From Isoptericola halotolerans (lineage in GTDB: Bacteria > Actinomycetota > Actinomycetes > Actinomycetales > Cellulomonadaceae): a stretch of 64,000 nucleotides of DNA. Positions 62,007 through 64,000 of the stretch are shown here, one piece after another (within the stretch, counting starts at the first letter, position 1; every line of letters begins with the position of its first letter). The stretch covers positions 372,001 to 436,000 of the forward strand of contig NZ_JABEZU010000004.1 of the NCBI RefSeq assembly GCF_013149785.1, written 5' to 3'. The translations under genes were made by a program, and so were the position numbers. The notes under the pieces were generated by a model. The model was not told where the DNA came from, did not search any database, and saw nothing but the letters and a program-made list of their open reading frames with translations.

Positions 62007-62068
62007 GGTCGGCACGTTCAGCTCCGATCGGTCGCTCCAGCTGCCGATCGGAGCTGAAAGTGCCGACC
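62007..62068. repeat. 62-bp palindromic REP-like element, left copy
   Basis: GGTCGGCACGTTCAGCTCCGATCGG-TCGCTCCAGCTG-CCGATCGGAGCTGAAAGTGCCGACC; 25-bp arms, one mismatch. Confidence 0.85.
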
Positions 62069-62129
62069 CGACGAGGGGCCTGTGGACGGCGTCGGCGGCA
62101 GACGACGGCGCCGGGCCATGCTGGCCGGC

Positions 62130-63146
62130 ATGAGCACGTCCGAGATCCTCGTCGCCCGTGACCACGACGCCGCACTGCTGCGGGCCGCGCGCCGTCGAGG
62201 AGAGATCGAGCGGGTCAGGCGCGGTGCCTACCGTGCCGTGCCCGACGGCGGGACACGGCCCGGCGATGTCCCGCCCGGAGGCGGTGATGGTCTTGACGGC
62301 AGAGGGGCCGCCGGGGGTAGGTCATACCGTGCGGGGTGGTCGGCCGCGCGGGGCCTCGCCCTCGACCGGGCGCGAGCGGTCAGCGCTCAGCTGCGCGCGG
62401 TGCACTGGTGCAGCCATGCGACGGCGGCGATGCTCCATGACCTGCCGTTGTGGCGGCTGCCCTCGGCGGTGCACCTGGTGCAGGGGTACCGGGCGTCGTC
62501 CCGTGCGGCCGTGGACGTCCGGCGGCACCTCCTCGAGGTGCCGCCGGAGCACCGGACCCGGGTGCTCGACCTGCCGGCGACGACGTTGGCCCGGACGGTC
62601 GCGGACTGCGTGACCACGTTGCCGCCGCTCGAAGGGCTCGTCGTCGCCGATGCCGCGCTGGCCCGGGGTCTCGACGCGGAGGAGTCGGTCGCGATCGTGC
62701 AGGGCCGCCGCCAGGGTCGTCGTCGGGGCCTGCTGGTGCTGGGTCTCGCGGACCCAGGAGCGGAGAGCCCGTGGGAGACCTGGTTGCGCTACGTCGCGCA
62801 CTGGACCGGGCTGCCGCGCCCACGGACGCAGGTCCCCGTGGAGACCCGCCTCGGCCGTCACCGCGTGGACCTGGGCTGGCCCGACCACGGTGTGCTGGCC
62901 GAGTTCGACGGGCTCGTAAAGTACAGGGCCGGTGCCTTCGGCGAGGCCTACGACCCCGAGCGCGCGCTCGTCGCCGAGAAACGCCGGGAGGACGCGATCG
63001 CGGAGCAGACCGGCTGCCGGCCCCTGCGTGTGACCTCGAAGGATGCCGCACGTCCGGAGTCGGTGTCACACCGGCTGCTCGCACGGTTCCCCGCGGACGT
63101 GCGGCGGGCCGTCCGACGGCCTGCGTTGCTCACGCGGCCGACGTGA
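62130..63146 (+). CDS. AbiEi-like protein with C-terminal DUF559/Vsr-like PD-(D/E)xK nuclease fold
   Basis: GEIERVRRGAY, SHATAAMLH, TTLARTVADC, AESPWETWLR...GLPRPRTQ...RVDLGW...EFDG..KY...EKRRED; CATGCT-N7-ATG. Confidence 0.8.
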   Translation: MSTSEILVARDHDAALLRAARRRGEIERVRRGAYRAVPDGGTRPGDVPPGGGDGLDGRGAAGGRSYRAGWSAARGLALDRARAVSAQLRAVHWCSHATAAMLHDLPLWRLPSAVHLVQGYRASSRAAVDVRRHLLEVPPEHRTRVLDLPATTLARTVADCVTTLPPLEGLVVADAALARGLDAEESVAIVQGRRQGRRRGLLVLGLADPGAESPWETWLRYVAHWTGLPRPRTQVPVETRLGRHRVDLGWPDHGVLAEFDGLVKYRAGAFGEAYDPERALVAEKRREDAIAEQTGCRPLRVTSKDAARPESVSHRLLARFPADVRRAVRRPALLTRPT

Positions 63147-63162
63147 CGCCGTCGGGCGCTGC

Positions 63163-63224
63163 GGTCGGTACCTCCAGCTCCACTCGGCCGCTGCAGGTAC
63201 CGATCGGAGCCGGACGTGCCGACC
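63163..63224. repeat. 62-bp palindromic REP-like element, right copy
   Basis: GGTCGGTACCTCCAGCTCCACTCGG-CCGCTGCAGGTA-CCGATCGGAGCCGGACGTGCCGACC; 50/62 identical to the left copy, ungapped. Confidence 0.85.
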
Positions 63225-63252
63225 GCAGCTTGAGCGGCGGGTCGGTGCGGGC

Positions 63253-64000
63253 TCAGGTGCCCGTGACCATCCACCGGTCACCGCGGGCGCGCAACCCCGT
63301 GGTGAGCGCCCGGGCCAGCATGAAGACGCCGGCGAAGGACGCCCACAGCCAGGCCAGCCCGACCGGTCCCTCGGGCGCCCAGGCGCGGACCGCCAGCACG
63401 CACGGCACGTACAGCACCAGGGTGAGCATCCCCGCCCAGGCCAGGAAGCGACCGTCGCCCGCACCGATGAGGACGCCGTCGAGCACGAAGACCCAGCCGG
63501 CCATCGGCATGAACACGCCGCACGCCACGAGCCCCACGGTGATCGCGACACGCACGTCGGGGTCGGAGGAGAACAGCGGGGCGATCCACCAGCCCGACAC
63601 CGCGAACAGCACGCCGATCACGGCCCCGGCGCCCACACCCCACTGCAGGCAGCGGCGCAGCACGGCCCGTACCCGCTCCAGGTCGCCCGACCCGAGCCCG
63701 AAGCCCACCAGCGCCTGCGCGGCGATGGCCAGCGCGTCGAGCGCGAACGCCGCCAGTCCCCACAGGCTGTTGACGACCTGGTGCCCGGCCAGCGTGACGG
63801 CACCGAGCGAGGTCGCGGTCCACACCGTCAGCAGGATCGCGAGACGCAGGGAGACCGTGCGGACGAGCAGCGGTGCACCGGCGACGGCGTTGGCCCAGAT
63901 GCCCGCGTGGTGCGGCCGCAGCGACGCGTGGCGAGCGCGTGCCCCGGCGACCACGACGGCGGCGAGCACCACCGCCATCAGCAGCTGCGCCGTCGTCGTC
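63253..64000 (-). CDS. MATE family efflux transporter, DinF-like (5' part outside window)
   Basis: PLLVRTVSLR, LAGHQV, FALDALAIAAQALVG, FVLDGVLIGAGD. Confidence 0.9.
   Translation of the reverse strand, partial: TTTAQLLMAVVLAAVVVAGARARHASLRPHHAGIWANAVAGAPLLVRTVSLRLAILLTVWTATSLGAVTLAGHQVVNSLWGLAAFALDALAIAAQALVGFGLGSGDLERVRAVLRRCLQWGVGAGAVIGVLFAVSGWWIAPLFSSDPDVRVAITVGLVACGVFMPMAGWVFVLDGVLIGAGDGRFLAWAGMLTLVLYVPCVLAVRAWAPEGPVGLAWLWASFAGVFMLARALTTGLRARGDRWMVTGT

Noticed and set aside
62130..63146. Type IV toxin-antitoxin pair
   Set aside because: No adjacent AbiEii nucleotidyltransferase gene; neighbours are rplI and a convergent MATE gene.

Overview
High-GC actinobacterial chromosome segment spanning the replication origin; gene order and content fit Micrococcales. 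Left end (1-6.0 kb): an accessory block downstream of tRNA-Leu. It holds a divergent flavin-oxidase/luciferase-like monooxygenase and PLP-aminotransferase/tautomerase cluster with a Zur/Fur-like box, a MarR-Rid-NmrA module and a solitary HNH gene. The conserved core follows: fhaA-fhaB-pstP-rodA-pbpA-pknA-pknB, pabA/trpG, sortase E, DUF881, crgA, rhomboid, ppiA, tRNA-Ala/DLW-39/tRNA-Ile, gyrA-gyrB-dciA-recF-gnd-dnaN-oriC-dnaA, rpmH-rnpA-yidD-yidC-jag-rsmG-parA-parB with six perfect parS sites, trxA-trxB, a pseudokinase, murJ, DUF6049, NUDIX, CCA-adding enzyme, two MFS transporters, a LOV-GAF-SpoIIE phosphatase, ino1-padR, ponA, rpsF-ssb-rpsR-rplI and a partial MATE gene. Most notable: (1) an AbiEi-like/PD-(D/E)xK nuclease gene bracketed by two homologous 62-bp palindromes, a REP/RAYT-like layout with a non-RAYT enzyme; (2) a LOV blue-light phosphatase; (3) the putatively Zur-controlled enzyme cluster; (4) a rhomboid gene that appears to need an ATC start; (5) parS sites nested in 40- and 58-bp perfect palindromes; (6) DnaA boxes outside oriC, two of them made by rare codons inside gyrB. 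All calls come from reading motifs by eye; no database searches were run.
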